Source: Octopus sinensis (Eukaryota). Taken from it: a DNA stretch of 64,000 nucleotides. The stretch lies in the NCBI RefSeq assembly GCF_006345805.1, contig NC_043018.1, positions 10,478,001 to 10,542,000 on the forward strand, given 5' to 3'. The translations under genes and the position numbers were made by a program. Of this stretch, positions 63,735-64,000 are shown piece by piece; the stretch's first letter is position 1, and each line of letters opens with the position of its first letter. The notes beneath the pieces were generated by a model, which saw nothing but the letters and a program-made list of their open reading frames with translations, ran no database searches and was not told where the DNA came from.

Positions 63735-64000
63735 ATATCATCATCATCATTATCGTCGTTTAGCGTCCGCTTTCCATGCTAGCATGGGTTGGACGGTTCA
63801 ACTGGGGTCTGGGAAGCCAGAAGGCTGCACCAGGCCCAGTTTGATCTGGCAATGTTTCTACGGCTGGATGCCCTTCCTAACGCCAACCACTCCATGAGTG
63901 TAGTGGGTACTTTTTACGTGCCACCGGCACAGGTGCCAGACGAGTCTGGCAAACGGCCACGATTGGATGGTGCTTTTTATGTGCCACCGGCACGGGGGGC
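63735..64000 (-). mobile_element. family C LINE tail running off the window end
   Basis: catcatcat...ttccatgctagcatgggttggacgg...ggatgcccttcctaacgccaacc. Confidence 0.88.

Overview
AT-rich, microsatellite-dense eukaryotic DNA. The repeat content suggests an octopus genome (inferred from recall, not from a search). One credible protein-coding region: an uninterrupted 885-codon minus-strand ORF (12368-15025) with a coiled-coil middle and a divergent C-terminal VPS9 (Rab5-GEF-like) domain. The rest is mobile DNA: several tRNA-derived SINE families, RTE-type LINE bodies and 3' tails, restriction-like-endonuclease LINE fragments, two TIR-bounded Tc1/mariner elements, MITEs and long microsatellite arrays. 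Most short ORFs in the track are microsatellite translations. The most striking unannotated signal is about nine dispersed type I hammerhead-ribozyme-like motifs (CUGANGA...GAAA...NUH) in two architectures: minimal and probably dimer-dependent, or with a long AU-rich stem II. Two sit in the arms of a 907-bp palindrome and one lies downstream of a decayed Penelope-type GIY-YIG fragment. A second curiosity is a SINE tRNA-like head fused to a 39-bp hairpin and a T5 run, resembling a natural Pol III shRNA cassette. All folds and alignments were done by eye, no activity is demonstrated, and repeat boundaries are approximate unless TIRs or TSDs are quoted.
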